Source: an uncultured Gemmatimonadaceae bacterium (lineage in GTDB: Bacteria; Gemmatimonadota; Gemmatimonadetes; Gemmatimonadales; Gemmatimonadaceae). Taken from it: a stretch of 64,000 nt of DNA. The stretch is from positions 192,001 through 256,000 of the forward strand of contig OY970320.1 of the NCBI GenBank assembly GCA_963716745.1. The letters are read 5' to 3'. A program made the position numbers and the translations under genes. A model generated the notes under the pieces. That model was not told where the DNA came from. It saw nothing but the letters and a program-made list of their open reading frames with translations, and did no database searches. The stretch's first letter is position 1, and each line of letters starts with the position of its first letter. Positions 32,517 to 45,813 of this stretch are shown in pieces.

Positions 32517-32556
32517 CCTCAACGTGGGTGTAGCGAGATCACGCGATCGAGGGAAG

Positions 32557-32630
32557 GCGCCAGTAGCTCAGGTGGATAGAGCAACAGCCTTCTAAGCTGT
32601 GGGTCGGAGGTTCGAGTCCTCCCTGGCGCG
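32557..32630 (+). tRNA. tRNA-Arg (UCU)
   Basis: Cloverleaf; ACAGC-CT-TCT-AA-GCTGT; GTTCGAGTC. Confidence 0.96.
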
Positions 32631-32649
32631 TGTGTACCGGACAAAGTTT

Positions 32650-32722
32650 GCGCCCTTAGCTCAATTGGCAGAGCAAATGACTCTTAATCATTAGGTTGAA
32701 GGTTCGATTCCTTCAGGGCGCA
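32650..32722 (+). tRNA. tRNA-Lys (CUU)
   Basis: Cloverleaf; AATGA-CT-CTT-AA-TCATT; GTTCGATTC. Confidence 0.96.
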
Positions 32723-32754
32723 CTAAGTAAGGCAGGCATAACGTGCTGAACTTG

Positions 32755-32785
32755 AACGGCCTCCCATACACCGGAGGCCGTTTTC
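32755..32785 (+). terminator. Intrinsic terminator after tRNA cluster
   Basis: AACGGCCTCC...GGAGGCCGTT stem followed by a short T tract. Confidence 0.7.
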
Positions 32786-32852
32786 ACATCGCTACCGGAT
32801 TGTAGCCGGTATGTAGTGTTCGGCAATCGATCGCCCGAGGGGCGCCGCTGAG

Positions 32853-33047
32853 TCAGAGGGACCGAAACAGTCTGCCAGTCAGCCAATTCCAGGCGCGCTG
32901 CCACCGAGCGCGGAGTGCCGGCGCGAATCGCTCCTCGCCGAGCGCGCTTCCGGCGACGGCCCAAACTCCTGCGGCGATGATGGCGACAACAACGACGGCA
33001 AGGGAAAAGGCGACGTACATGCCGACCCACTCGAGAATATCGCTCAT
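32853..33047 (-). CDS. Small single-TM protein (64 aa)
   Basis: ATG start, one hydrophobic helix, basic Trp-rich tail. Confidence 0.5.
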   Translation of the reverse strand: MSDILEWVGMYVAFSLAVVVVAIIAAGVWAVAGSALGEERFAPALRARWQRAWNWLTGRLFRSL

Positions 33048-33064
33048 GCGCTAAGATCTCACGG

Positions 33065-33793
33065 CTATTTCTTCACGCGCTGCTTGAGCGCCTCCTCGAT
33101 CCCTTGCTCCACCAACGGCGCCATCACCTCATAGCCCGCCTTGTTCGGATGCACGCCATCGTACGTGAGCTCCTGGCGCAATCCCTGGCGATCGTCGGCC
33201 ATCGGCGTGTGGAAATCCACGAACGTCGCGCCATGCTCGGCCGCGTACGCTTTGATCCACGCATTCAGTGCGACGATCTTCGGCGCCGGCACCTGCTCCG
33301 GGTTCCACGGATATTCGAAAACCGGCAGCACGGAGCAGAGCACTACGCGGATGCCGTTCGCCTGCGCCAGCTCGGTCATGCTCGCCAGGTTGTCCTCGAT
33401 CATGTCCAGCGTGGATGGCCCCGTGTTCCCCGCGATGTCGTTGGTCCCGCCGAGGATCACGACCACGGCCGGCTGCAGCTCGATCACATCCTGGCGGAAT
33501 CGCAGCAGCATCTGGGGTGTCGTCTGCCCGCTGATGCCGCGCCGCACGTACGGCTTGTGCGGGAACATGTGCCGGAAGTATGGCGCCCACTGCTGGATGA
33601 TCGAATTCCCGATGAAGACCACGCGCTTCTCGCCGGGGTGCGGCGGCCCGAGGCGCGCATTCTCCGCGCGGAACCGCTCGAGGTTGGCCCAGTCCTCGCT
33701 CGCTGCCTCAGTCGACTGCGCGGTGACGCGCGCCGCGCACAGCAGAAGAACGATGGCGAGCGCGCTACGCACGGTTACGAACTCGATCGGCAC
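33065..33793 (-). CDS. Exported SGNH/GDSL hydrolase
   Basis: FIGNSI, GISGQTT, GTNDI, DGVHP blocks; signal peptide. Confidence 0.92.
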   Translation of the reverse strand: MPIEFVTVRSALAIVLLLCAARVTAQSTEAASEDWANLERFRAENARLGPPHPGEKRVVFIGNSIIQQWAPYFRHMFPHKPYVRRGISGQTTPQMLLRFRQDVIELQPAVVVILGGTNDIAGNTGPSTLDMIEDNLASMTELAQANGIRVVLCSVLPVFEYPWNPEQVPAPKIVALNAWIKAYAAEHGATFVDFHTPMADDRQGLRQELTYDGVHPNKAGYEVMAPLVEQGIEEALKQRVKK

Positions 33794-33799
33794 CCGTGA

Positions 33800-34300
33800 T
33801 CAGGATGTCGCGCTCGCGGGTCCGCCGGGCAGGTCGTCGAGGAATGCGCTGAATTCTTCCTTCCGGCGCTCGCACTCGGCCGCGATCCTCGCCAGCAGCG
33901 ATGCCTGATCGGCGAGTTTCTGATCTGCTTCGTCGCCAGCCACGAATTCCCCGAGCCTTGAGTAATCCGCAGCGAGCGTTTCGAGTGTGCGCGCAGAGGA
34001 GGGGTCCTTCAGCCTCGAGAATCGCGCGAGCGTGAACACCGCGGCGGCGATCTCTTCCTTCGACGCAGGCAGGTCGGAGACCCGTCTCAGCTGCGGTGAC
34101 GCCAGGCGATGCCGCTCGAGGACCGCGGCGTACTCGCGCACGAGTTCGTCGGCGCGCTCGACATCCGCGTCGGAGAGGAGTTCGAGGTCGCGACGCCAGG
34201 ACACGATCGAGTCGTGCCGGATCTTCGTGATGCGATTCCGGCGCGACGCGAACCATAGACTCACGCCGCAGGCGGCGGCCACCAGGAGTAGATAGGTCAT
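33800..34300 (-). CDS. Hypothetical membrane-anchored helical protein
   Basis: N-terminal TM from ATG 34300, fills the gap in the same orientation as the SGNH gene. Confidence 0.55.
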   Translation of the reverse strand: MTYLLLVAAACGVSLWFASRRNRITKIRHDSIVSWRRDLELLSDADVERADELVREYAAVLERHRLASPQLRRVSDLPASKEEIAAAVFTLARFSRLKDPSSARTLETLAADYSRLGEFVAGDEADQKLADQASLLARIAAECERRKEEFSAFLDDLPGGPASATS

Positions 34301-34435
34301 CGCTGACGCCGAACGTGCGGCGATTCCCGATTTCGCGCAAGTGGGTGCGGATAGCGGCGAACGGCGTTCCGGCGCATACTTGTGCCGTCTGGCCCGCGAT
34401 CCACGCGGGCGCCCACTCATCGGAGGCACATCGTC

Positions 34436-34975
34436 ATGATGCGTTCTGTATCGCTCCTCTCGCTCGCTGTGGTTCTCGGCGCGGCAATGCCGCGCGCCGT
34501 CGCACCCGCCTCGCCGTCCGCCATCGCGAACGACCGCACGATCTGGGTGAACACGATGGGCTACATCACCGCCGCCGCGGAGCAGATGCCGGAGTCGCTC
34601 TATGCGTACAAGCCCGTCGCGACGGTGCGCTCGTTCGGCCAGCTCATTGGTCACATCGCTGGCTCGCAGCACATGTTCTGCGGCGCCGCGCTCGGCGAGA
34701 AGGCGAACGCCGAGGATGATGTGGAGAAGAACGTGACCACCAAGGCGGGGCTCGTGGCGGCGCTCAAGGCGAGCACCGAGCACTGTCAGAAGGCGTACGC
34801 GATGTCCGATGCCGACGCGATGAAGCGCTCGTTCAAGATGTTCGGCATGGATGTGAACGGCATGTGGGCGGTGTTCGAGAACACCGCGCACGTGAACGAG
34901 CACTACGGGAACATCGTGACGTACATGCGCATGCTGGGAATGGTGCCGCCGTCGAGTCAACCGGCTCCGAAATAA
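34436..34975 (+). CDS. Exported DinB family protein
   Basis: GGAGG RBS, signal peptide, MPESLYAYKP, RSFGQLIGH, HVNEHYGNIVTYMR, VPPSS. Confidence 0.88.
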   Translation: MMRSVSLLSLAVVLGAAMPRAVAPASPSAIANDRTIWVNTMGYITAAAEQMPESLYAYKPVATVRSFGQLIGHIAGSQHMFCGAALGEKANAEDDVEKNVTTKAGLVAALKASTEHCQKAYAMSDADAMKRSFKMFGMDVNGMWAVFENTAHVNEHYGNIVTYMRMLGMVPPSSQPAPK

Positions 34976-34982
34976 TTCGACA

Positions 34983-35103
34983 GCCGGGAACCGGTTGCCG
35001 GGAACCGGTGAGGAATAACAAATGAATTCCCTAACGGCACTGCAGCGCGCCGTTAGGGAATTTGTTTTCATGCCACACCGGTTCCCGGCAATCGGTTCCC
35101 GGC
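34983..35103. repeat. 121-nt nested inverted repeat: 28-bp period-7 arms around a 14-bp terminator stem
   Basis: Arms 34983-35010 and 35076-35103 (27/28 complementary); inner AATTCCCTAACGGC/GCCGTTAGGGAATT at 35025-35062 with A-rich and T-rich flanks. Confidence 0.9.
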
Positions 35104-35116
35104 CGTTTGTCTTCCC

Positions 35117-35756
35117 CTAGGCGGTCGCGGCCCTCGAAGCCGGCTTACTCGCGGAGCCGGCGAGCTGCCCGAGCAGTCCCTCGGCGGCCGCGAGATACTC
35201 GGCCAGGTCGAAATGCTTCGGGTCGATCATCGCCTGCACGGCGCAGCCATTGATGAAGCTGACGATGACGGCGGCGAGCCCCTCGGTCGTGACGTGCGGG
35301 AAGCGCGCCGGGATCGGCCCGGATCACATCGTGGATGATCGCGCGGAAGGACTGCCGGTAGCGCTCGAGCTCGGCGGCGATGCGCGCACCGATCGCGGCG
35401 TTCCGGGTGCCGAGCACCCAATAGTCGTAGAAGAGGCGAACGCGCCGCGGGTCGTTGCCGAGGCGGTCCATCTCCTGGTGGAGCAGGGCGTGCAGACGGT
35501 CGAGGGGCGCCGCGATGCGCGCGATCTCGGGCGCTTCGTGCAGCTCGGAGGTGGAGGCGAGCAAGCGGTCGAGCAGGGCGCGCAGGAGCTGGTCGCGCCG
35601 TTTGAAATGGAAGAGGACGAGCCCGTGACTCAGCCTGGCCTTGGCCGCGACGGCGCGCACCGTGAGTCCGTCGATCCCCTTGTGCGAGGCGACGCGATAG
35701 GCGGCATCGAGGATCTGTTCGCGCCGCAATCCCTCCGGCGCCTTCTTTCCGGGCAT
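35117..35756 (-). CDS. TetR family regulator, BetI-like (apparent frameshift near 35312)
   Basis: HTH REQILDAA...LTVRAVAAKARLSHGLVLFHF; AGGAG RBS; removing one base gives a 212-aa protein. Confidence 0.88.
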
Positions 35757-35768
35757 GGTGATCTCCTG

Positions 35769-35816
35769 TTGACCTTTTGTCCAATATAGGTTAATATGTG
35801 TTATCCGCTTGGACAA
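35769..35816. promoter_or_regulatory. Overlapping divergent promoters with candidate TetR operator
   Basis: Plus TTGACC-17-TAATAT; minus TTGTCC-17-TAACCT; TTGTCCAA/TTGGACAA inverted pair. Confidence 0.65.
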
Positions 35817-35900
35817 TGGGTGGCTCTGTCGCCCCGGTGGTCGCGCCGCCATCACGCACCCTGATGGATCCTGCCTGTACCGCACTCCACCGGAGTACCT

Positions 35901-36398
35901 ATGACAATCCGCCGATCCTTGGCGTTCGTGGCCGCTGCCACGACCGCCGCGCTCTCGCTTGCCGCCTGCAGCGCATTCCAATCCAAGCCCGCCGTGACCG
36001 TGAGCGCGAAGGACGTGAACGTGAACGCGCGCTGGCACGCGAGCGTCGCAAGCCCCGCCGAACTCGCGGGCGTGGTGCAGATGACGGGCAGTGCGTCAAT
36101 GACGCCGGGCAAGAAGAGCGGCACCACCGAATTGGTCCTGAACGTCGCGAACTCGACGCCGGGCGGCGTGCATCCGTGGGCCGTGCATCTCGGACAGTGC
36201 GGCAGCGACGATGGCGTGTACGGCACGCTCGCCGACTATCAGCCGCTCAAAGTCGGTACGGACGGGAAGGGCATGTCGAAGGCGACGGTCGCGCTCGAGA
36301 CGCCGGCGTCGGGATACTATTTCGTGAGCGTCAAAGCCTCCGCCGCGAACGGCGAGACTACGGTCGCCTGCGGCAACCTCGCGGCGCCAACCCAGTGA
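35901..36398 (+). CDS. Lipoprotein with CHRD/Cu-Zn-SOD-like fold
   Basis: GGAG RBS, lipobox LAAC, HPWAVHLGQC and VACGNL motifs. Confidence 0.6.
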   Translation: MTIRRSLAFVAAATTAALSLAACSAFQSKPAVTVSAKDVNVNARWHASVASPAELAGVVQMTGSASMTPGKKSGTTELVLNVANSTPGGVHPWAVHLGQCGSDDGVYGTLADYQPLKVGTDGKGMSKATVALETPASGYYFVSVKASAANGETTVACGNLAAPTQ

Positions 36399-36610
36399 TA
36401 CGGAACTTCATCGTGGGCGCGGCACTCGCCGCACTCGGCGCGGTGATCCTGCTTCGCGGCATCAATTACAAGACCACGCACGATGTGGTGAAGATCGGTG
36501 ATATGCACATGACCGATACGGATTCGCACGGCGTCCCGCCCTGGGTGGGCATCGCGACGGGTGTGAGCGGCCTGTTGATCATCGCCATGGGCGCCAAGAA
36601 GCGGAAATAG
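36395..36610 (+). CDS. Small two-TM membrane protein
   Basis: GTG overlapping the previous stop; TM-loop(VVKIGD)-PPWVG-TM-KKRK. Confidence 0.65.
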   Translation: MIRNFIVGAALAALGAVILLRGINYKTTHDVVKIGDMHMTDTDSHGVPPWVGIATGVSGLLIIAMGAKKRK

Positions 36611-36637
36611 CGTCGCGGTGTGGGGGCGCTGGATCGT

Positions 36638-37054
36638 TCACCCGATCCAGCGCATCACCACCGGCCCGGCGATCACGGCCCAGCAGAGTCCCGTCATCAG
36701 CAGTGCGATGAGCACCGCGGTGCTGCCCAAGTCTTTCGCACGACCCGCAAGCTCATGGTGCTCCAAGCCGATGCGGTCCACCGTGTTCTCGATCGCGGTA
36801 TTGAGGATCTCGACGAGGAGCACGAGCAGGAGCGAGAGCACGAGGATGAGGTGTTCGAGCGTGCGGACCGGGAGGAGGATCGCGATGGGAACGCCGACGA
36901 TGATCGCGACGAGCTCTTGGCGCACCGCGGCCTCGTGCGCGGCGGCGTAGCGCAAGCCGACGAGCGAGTTCTTGAGGGCGGCGACGAGGCGCGGGATACC
37001 GGTGAGACCTTTGGTGATGGGCGTGTCGGCGGAGCTCGTTTCCATTGGGTCCAT
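36638..37054 (-). CDS. dgkA: Diacylglycerol kinase
   Basis: EAAVRQE, VEILNTAIE, AKDLGS. Confidence 0.93.
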   Translation of the reverse strand: MDPMETSSADTPITKGLTGIPRLVAALKNSLVGLRYAAAHEAAVRQELVAIIVGVPIAILLPVRTLEHLILVLSLLLVLLVEILNTAIENTVDRIGLEHHELAGRAKDLGSTAVLIALLMTGLCWAVIAGPVVMRWIG

Positions 37055-37114
37055 GCGAGAGTGAGAAGGTCGCGGCACGAATGATATGTACCGGCGTCGC
37101 CGGGGATTTGCTCC

Positions 37115-37265
37115 TTGACGTTCGGGCTCCCTTCACCTACATTGGACGGCTCTCACCCCCTGTCGATTGCTTGCAATCGCGAGCGTGGGTTGGGAAGGTA
37201 ACCGCGATCGGGCGACGGATATTTTCGCAAAAGCCTTGACCAAGCGGGAACACGCGGTTTAAGTT
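37115..37265 (+). promoter_or_regulatory. Tandem rRNA promoters P1/P2
   Basis: TTGACG-17-TACATT (37115-37143); TTGACC-18-TAAGTT (37236-37265). Confidence 0.7.
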
Positions 37266-37304
37266 GAGAGGCTGTCGGAAAAACGACACCGAAAATGTGA
37301 ATTG

Positions 37305-37318
37305 ACGCTGTTTGACAA
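37305..37318 (+). promoter_or_regulatory. rRNA leader boxA-like antitermination site
   Basis: ACGCTGTTTGACAA, repeated exactly in the spacer at 39143-39156. Confidence 0.75.
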
Positions 37319-37474
37319 TCGAAAACGAGAGAACGGTTGTGCGAGGCGAACTCACTGATCCCGTGCTATTTCAGGGCGCGGGGGAGAGTTCAACCTGAAC
37401 AATCAAAGTGATTCGGATACGCTGTCACGCGACAGCGTGACGGCGTTTCGAAGAGCCTTTCAATTCTTCAAAAA

Positions 37475-39004
<1,530 letters not shown>

Positions 39005-39142
39005 TCGGAGCGACGAGTATGCCGGCCATCCTCACGGATGAGCTCGGACGAAAGTCCTCGGAAGTCGCCGTCTCGGCAACCCTCTCTCGATTTCGATTGT
39101 ATGCGCACGCCGTCCTCCTTCGGGAAGCCGGCGCGCGTTTCA

Positions 39143-39156
39143 ACGCTGTTTGACAA
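39143..39156 (+). promoter_or_regulatory. Spacer boxA-like site
   Basis: Identical to the leader 14-mer. Confidence 0.75.
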
Positions 39157-39257
39157 ACGAAGTGGTGTAGATCGTGGGAAGCGAATCATCACAAGACGAT
39201 CTTTATAATTTCGTCACTCGTGATAGAAACGCGCGTGCTTTGTAAGAACAGAATTTG

Positions 39258-42216
<2,959 letters not shown>

Positions 42217-42332
42217 CTCCCAAATTGCAACACGCAGAGCATCGCGTTTCATTACGAGGACGATTTTCTTACCCACGATCTACACCATTCCGTTTCTCTC
42301 TTCAGCTTTGTCATCCGTATTCCATCGATGAA

Positions 42333-42450
42333 CGCTGGCGACTAGAGCGTAGGGGCCACACTCGTTCCCATCCCGAACACGATCGTTAAGCCCTACAGCG
42401 CCAATGGTACTCCGCCCGTGAGGGCGCGGGAGAGTAGGCCGTCGCCGGCA
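42333..42450 (+). rRNA. rrf: 5S rRNA
   Basis: CCCATCCCGAAC, GAGAGTAGG, terminal helix GCTGGCG/CGCCGGC. Confidence 0.97.
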
Positions 42451-42457
42451 CTCCTTG

Positions 42458-42499
42458 GAACCCCGGGTCGAGATCTTCTCGATCCGGGGTTCTTTTTTT
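42458..42499 (+). terminator. rRNA operon intrinsic terminator
   Basis: GAACCCCGGGTCGAGA...TCTCGATCCGGGGTTC followed by T7. Confidence 0.9.
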
Positions 42500-42505
42500 G
42501 AACCG

Positions 42506-42582
42506 CAACGGCGGACTGTCGGCTGTCGGCTGTCGCCTGCGAATCCCGCTCGCGACAGCCGACAGCCGACAGCCTGCCGTTG
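42506..42582. repeat. Inverted repeat built from period-7 units (GGCTGTC x3 / GACAGCC x3)
   Basis: 31-bp arms 42506-42536 and 42552-42582, 29/31 complementary. Confidence 0.9.
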
Positions 42583-42602
42583 AATTCCCCCTATATTCGT
42601 TC

Positions 42603-43476
42603 ATGCCTCGCTCTGGTTTCGTCGCCATCGCCGGCAAACCCAACGCCGGCAAGTCCACGCTCCTCAATAAGCTCGTCGGGCAGAAGCTCGCCATCACCAG
42701 CGCCAAGGTGCAGTCCACCCGCGCGCGCACGCTCGGCCTCCGCACCGACGGCGACACGCAAATGGTGCTCGTCGACGCCCCGGGCCTCCTCGATCCCGAG
42801 TATCCGCTCCAGCACGCAATGCGCCGCACCGCGCTCCGCGCCATCGCGGACGCCGACGTCATCGTCTATCTCGCCGACGCGCAGCACGGGACGCCGCCCA
42901 CGCTCGAGCACGCGGCCGGACTCGATGCGCCGCCGCGCGCGCCCGTGATCACGGTGCTCAACAAGTGCGACCGGCTCGACGCCAACGCCCGCGCCAAACT
43001 CGCCGCTCGAGAACCCGGGCGCCGTACTCGTCTCCGCGCGCACCGGCCACGGCGTGGACGATCTCATCGCGCGCATCGCCGCCACGCTCCCCGAGGGGCC
43101 GTTCCTCTATCCCGCCGATGATGCCGCGGCGCAGCCGGTGCGATTCTTCGCCGCCGAGCTCGTGCGCGAGACCGCGCTCGAGCAGCTCGACGAGGAGGTC
43201 CCGTACTCCGTCGCGTGCGAGATCGAGGAGTTCCGCGAAGAGCCGAAACCGGTGTACATTCGTGCGGTGATCTACGTCGAGCGCGACAGCCAGAAGGCGA
43301 TCGTCATCGGCGAGAAAGGCGCCCGCATCCGCGCGATCGGCGTGACGGCGCGCGCCAAGATCGAGACGCTCATCGACGAGAAGGTCTATCTCGACCTGTG
43401 GGTGAAGGTGCTCCCGAACTGGCGGCGCGATGAGAACGCCCTGCGCCGCTTCGGCTACTCGATGCCCGAGGAGTGA
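42603..43476 (+). CDS. era: GTPase Era (apparent frameshift near 43005-43020)
   Basis: [40 protein letters not shown]. Confidence 0.95.
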
Positions 43477-43480
43477 CGCC

Positions 43481-43648
43481 GTGACGCTTCCGCCGCAGCT
43501 GCTCGAACTGCTGGTCTGTCCCAAGTGCCGCGGTGCGCTCGAGTACCGCGCGTCCGAGCCATCGCTCGTGTGCCCGAATTGCCGCCTCAAGTACCCCGTG
43601 CGCGACGGCATTCCCATCATGCTGATCGACGAGGCCGCTCCGCTGTGA
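43481..43648 (+). CDS. Trm112 family protein
   Basis: [10 protein letters not shown]...[11 protein letters not shown]. Confidence 0.9.
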   Translation: MTLPPQLLELLVCPKCRGALEYRASEPSLVCPNCRLKYPVRDGIPIMLIDEAAPL

Positions 43649-43673
43649 GTCGCTCCACCGCGAGGCGGCGCGC

Positions 43674-44727
43674 GTGAAGCATCTGCGCTGGCTCCTCGCG
43701 CTCGTCCCGTTCGCGATCGGCGCCAAGTGGTTCGGCGCGTCGCCCATCGCGGTGTTCGCCCTGAGCGCCGGCGCGATCATTCCGCTCTCGGCGCTCCTCG
43801 GCGACGCCACGGAAGAGCTCGCTGGCCACGCGGGGCCGTTGGTCGGTGGCCTGCTCAACGCGTCGCTGGGGAATCTCGCCGAGTTGATCATCGGCGTGCT
43901 CGCGATCCGCGCGGGGATGCTCGATCTCGTGAAGGCGTCGATCACCGGATCGATCCTCGGCAATCTCCTGCTCGTGCTCGGCGCGGCGCAGTTCGGCGGG
44001 CGGCCTGAAATTCCAGACGCAGCGCTTCAGCCGGCAGCTCGCCGGGCTCAACACCTCGTTGCTCGTGGTAGCGGTCGTGGGGCTCGTCGTGCCGGCGCTC
44101 TTCCACCTCGCGCATCCCGATCCATCGAACCGGCTCACGCTCACGATGTCCGAGTTCGTCGCGGCGCTGCTCGTGATCGGCTACGCGCTCTCGCTGCTGT
44201 ACTCGATGGGCACGCATCGCTCGGCGTTCGGCGGCGTGGGCGAGGTGGCGGGCGGGGAGCACGCGCCCACGTGGAGCCTGCGCCGCACGATCGCGATGCT
44301 GGTCGCCGTATCGGTGGGGCTCGCGTGGATGTCGGAATTGCTCGTGGGTGCGACGCGCGGCGCCGTGGCCGCGACGGGGCTCTCGGAGTTCTTCGTCGGC
44401 ATCGTGCTCGTGCCGATCATCGGCAATGCGGCGGAGCACAGCACGGCGGTGATCATGGCAATGCGCAACCGGATGGATCTCGCGATCGGGATCGCGCTCG
44501 GATCCACGGTGCAAGTGGCGCTGCTCGTCGCGCCGCTGCTGGTGTTCACCGGACTGGTCTTCCACCAACCAATGGATCTCGCGTTCTCCGTGTTCGAAGT
44601 CGCGAGCGTGGCGCTCGCGGTGTGGATCGCCTCGGTGATCGTGCAGGACGGTGAATCGAACTGGTTGGAGGGTGCGTTCCTGCTCCTCGTCTACGCGATC
44701 CTCGGGGTTGCGTTCTACTTTTTCTAG
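43674..44727 (+). CDS. cax: Calcium/proton exchanger (apparent frameshift near 44000)
   Basis: GGLLNASLGNLAELI, GSILGNLLLVLG, GNAAEH, DGESNWLEG. Confidence 0.92.
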
Positions 44728-44818
44728 TCGTCTACGTACACCAGCGACTTGCAAGCCACACTTGGACTTACAGAGGCGCCTGATCGAGTGACGCCGACCG
44801 CCCCGAGGACCGCCTAGC

Positions 44819-45787
44819 GTGGCCCAGCCCCACGCCGTGTACTTCTCCCCGGACGCGACGACGCCACCCGAGTATCTGCGCGGGTGGTTCGAGTCGCGCG
44901 CGCTGGGCATGGTGGTCTGCCAGCGGGTGGACGATCTCATGGCCATGGCGCTCCGCGGCCGCCCGTCGGTGTGCGTGTTCGACGCGCGCACGGCGGCCGA
45001 CGCCGCGCTCACCGCCTGCCGCCGTCTCAAAGGCGATCCGTATACCGGTGTCGTTCCGGGTGGCGTGCTTGCCGCCGACGGCGGTGCGGCGCTCGCGGCG
45101 GCCTTCCAGGCCGGTGCCGATGAAGTGCTGTTGCCCGGCACGCCGGGCGACGAAGCGGTGCTGCGGCTCGACGTGATGCTCCGTCGCGCGGATCGCGACG
45201 TGCACGTGCATCCGTCCACCCGCCTGCCCGGCGCCCCGGAGATCGAGGCGGAGATCGGGCGGAGACTGGCGGCCGGGGAGACGTTCGCCGCATGTTACGC
45301 CGATCTCGATCACTTCAAGGAGTACAACGACCGGTACAGCTATTACGAAGGCGATCGCGTCATCCGCATCCTGGCGAAGATCCTGCACGACGTGGCGCGC
45401 GGCTATTGTCCCGAGGACGGATTCGTGGGCCACATCGGCGGCGACGATTTCATCTTCATCGTGCCGGTGCGATCGGCGCCGGAGATCTGCCAGGAGATCG
45501 TTTCGATCTTCGATGCGCTCGTGCCGTGCCAGTATTCCGAACAGGACCGTTTGGCTGGATATTTCTTCGGGAAGGACCGGCGCGGGCAATTGCACCGGGT
45601 GCCGCTCATGACGGTGTCGATCGGCGTGGTGACCAACGAGCGCCGGGCGTTCACGCATCCGGCGCAGGTGAGCGAGCTGGCGACGGAAATGAAGAGCTAT
45701 GCGAAGACGCTGCCGGGCTCGGTGTACGTGGTGGACCGGCGGCACGATCCGATCGTGGGCGCGCCCGTGGGCGCGTCCGAGCGCTGA
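44819..45787 (+). CDS. Degenerate receiver domain plus GGDEF domain (GGDDF variant)
   Basis: AGADE receiver tail, DLDHFKEYND, GHIGGDDF, TVSIG. Confidence 0.85.
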   Translation: MAQPHAVYFSPDATTPPEYLRGWFESRALGMVVCQRVDDLMAMALRGRPSVCVFDARTAADAALTACRRLKGDPYTGVVPGGVLAADGGAALAAAFQAGADEVLLPGTPGDEAVLRLDVMLRRADRDVHVHPSTRLPGAPEIEAEIGRRLAAGETFAACYADLDHFKEYNDRYSYYEGDRVIRILAKILHDVARGYCPEDGFVGHIGGDDFIFIVPVRSAPEICQEIVSIFDALVPCQYSEQDRLAGYFFGKDRRGQLHRVPLMTVSIGVVTNERRAFTHPAQVSELATEMKSYAKTLPGSVYVVDRRHDPIVGAPVGASER

Positions 45788-45813
45788 GCTAAAGGGAGAG
45801 GGCCGAGAAAGCG

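Noticed and set aside
32730..37080. Active genomic island or prophage
   Set aside because: No integrase, transposase, phage gene or direct repeat of a tRNA end; codon style resembles the host.
45290..45450. GGDEF protein as a hybrid (cGAMP-making) cyclase
   Set aside because: It retains Asp in the YEGD guanine-specificity position rather than Ser/Thr.
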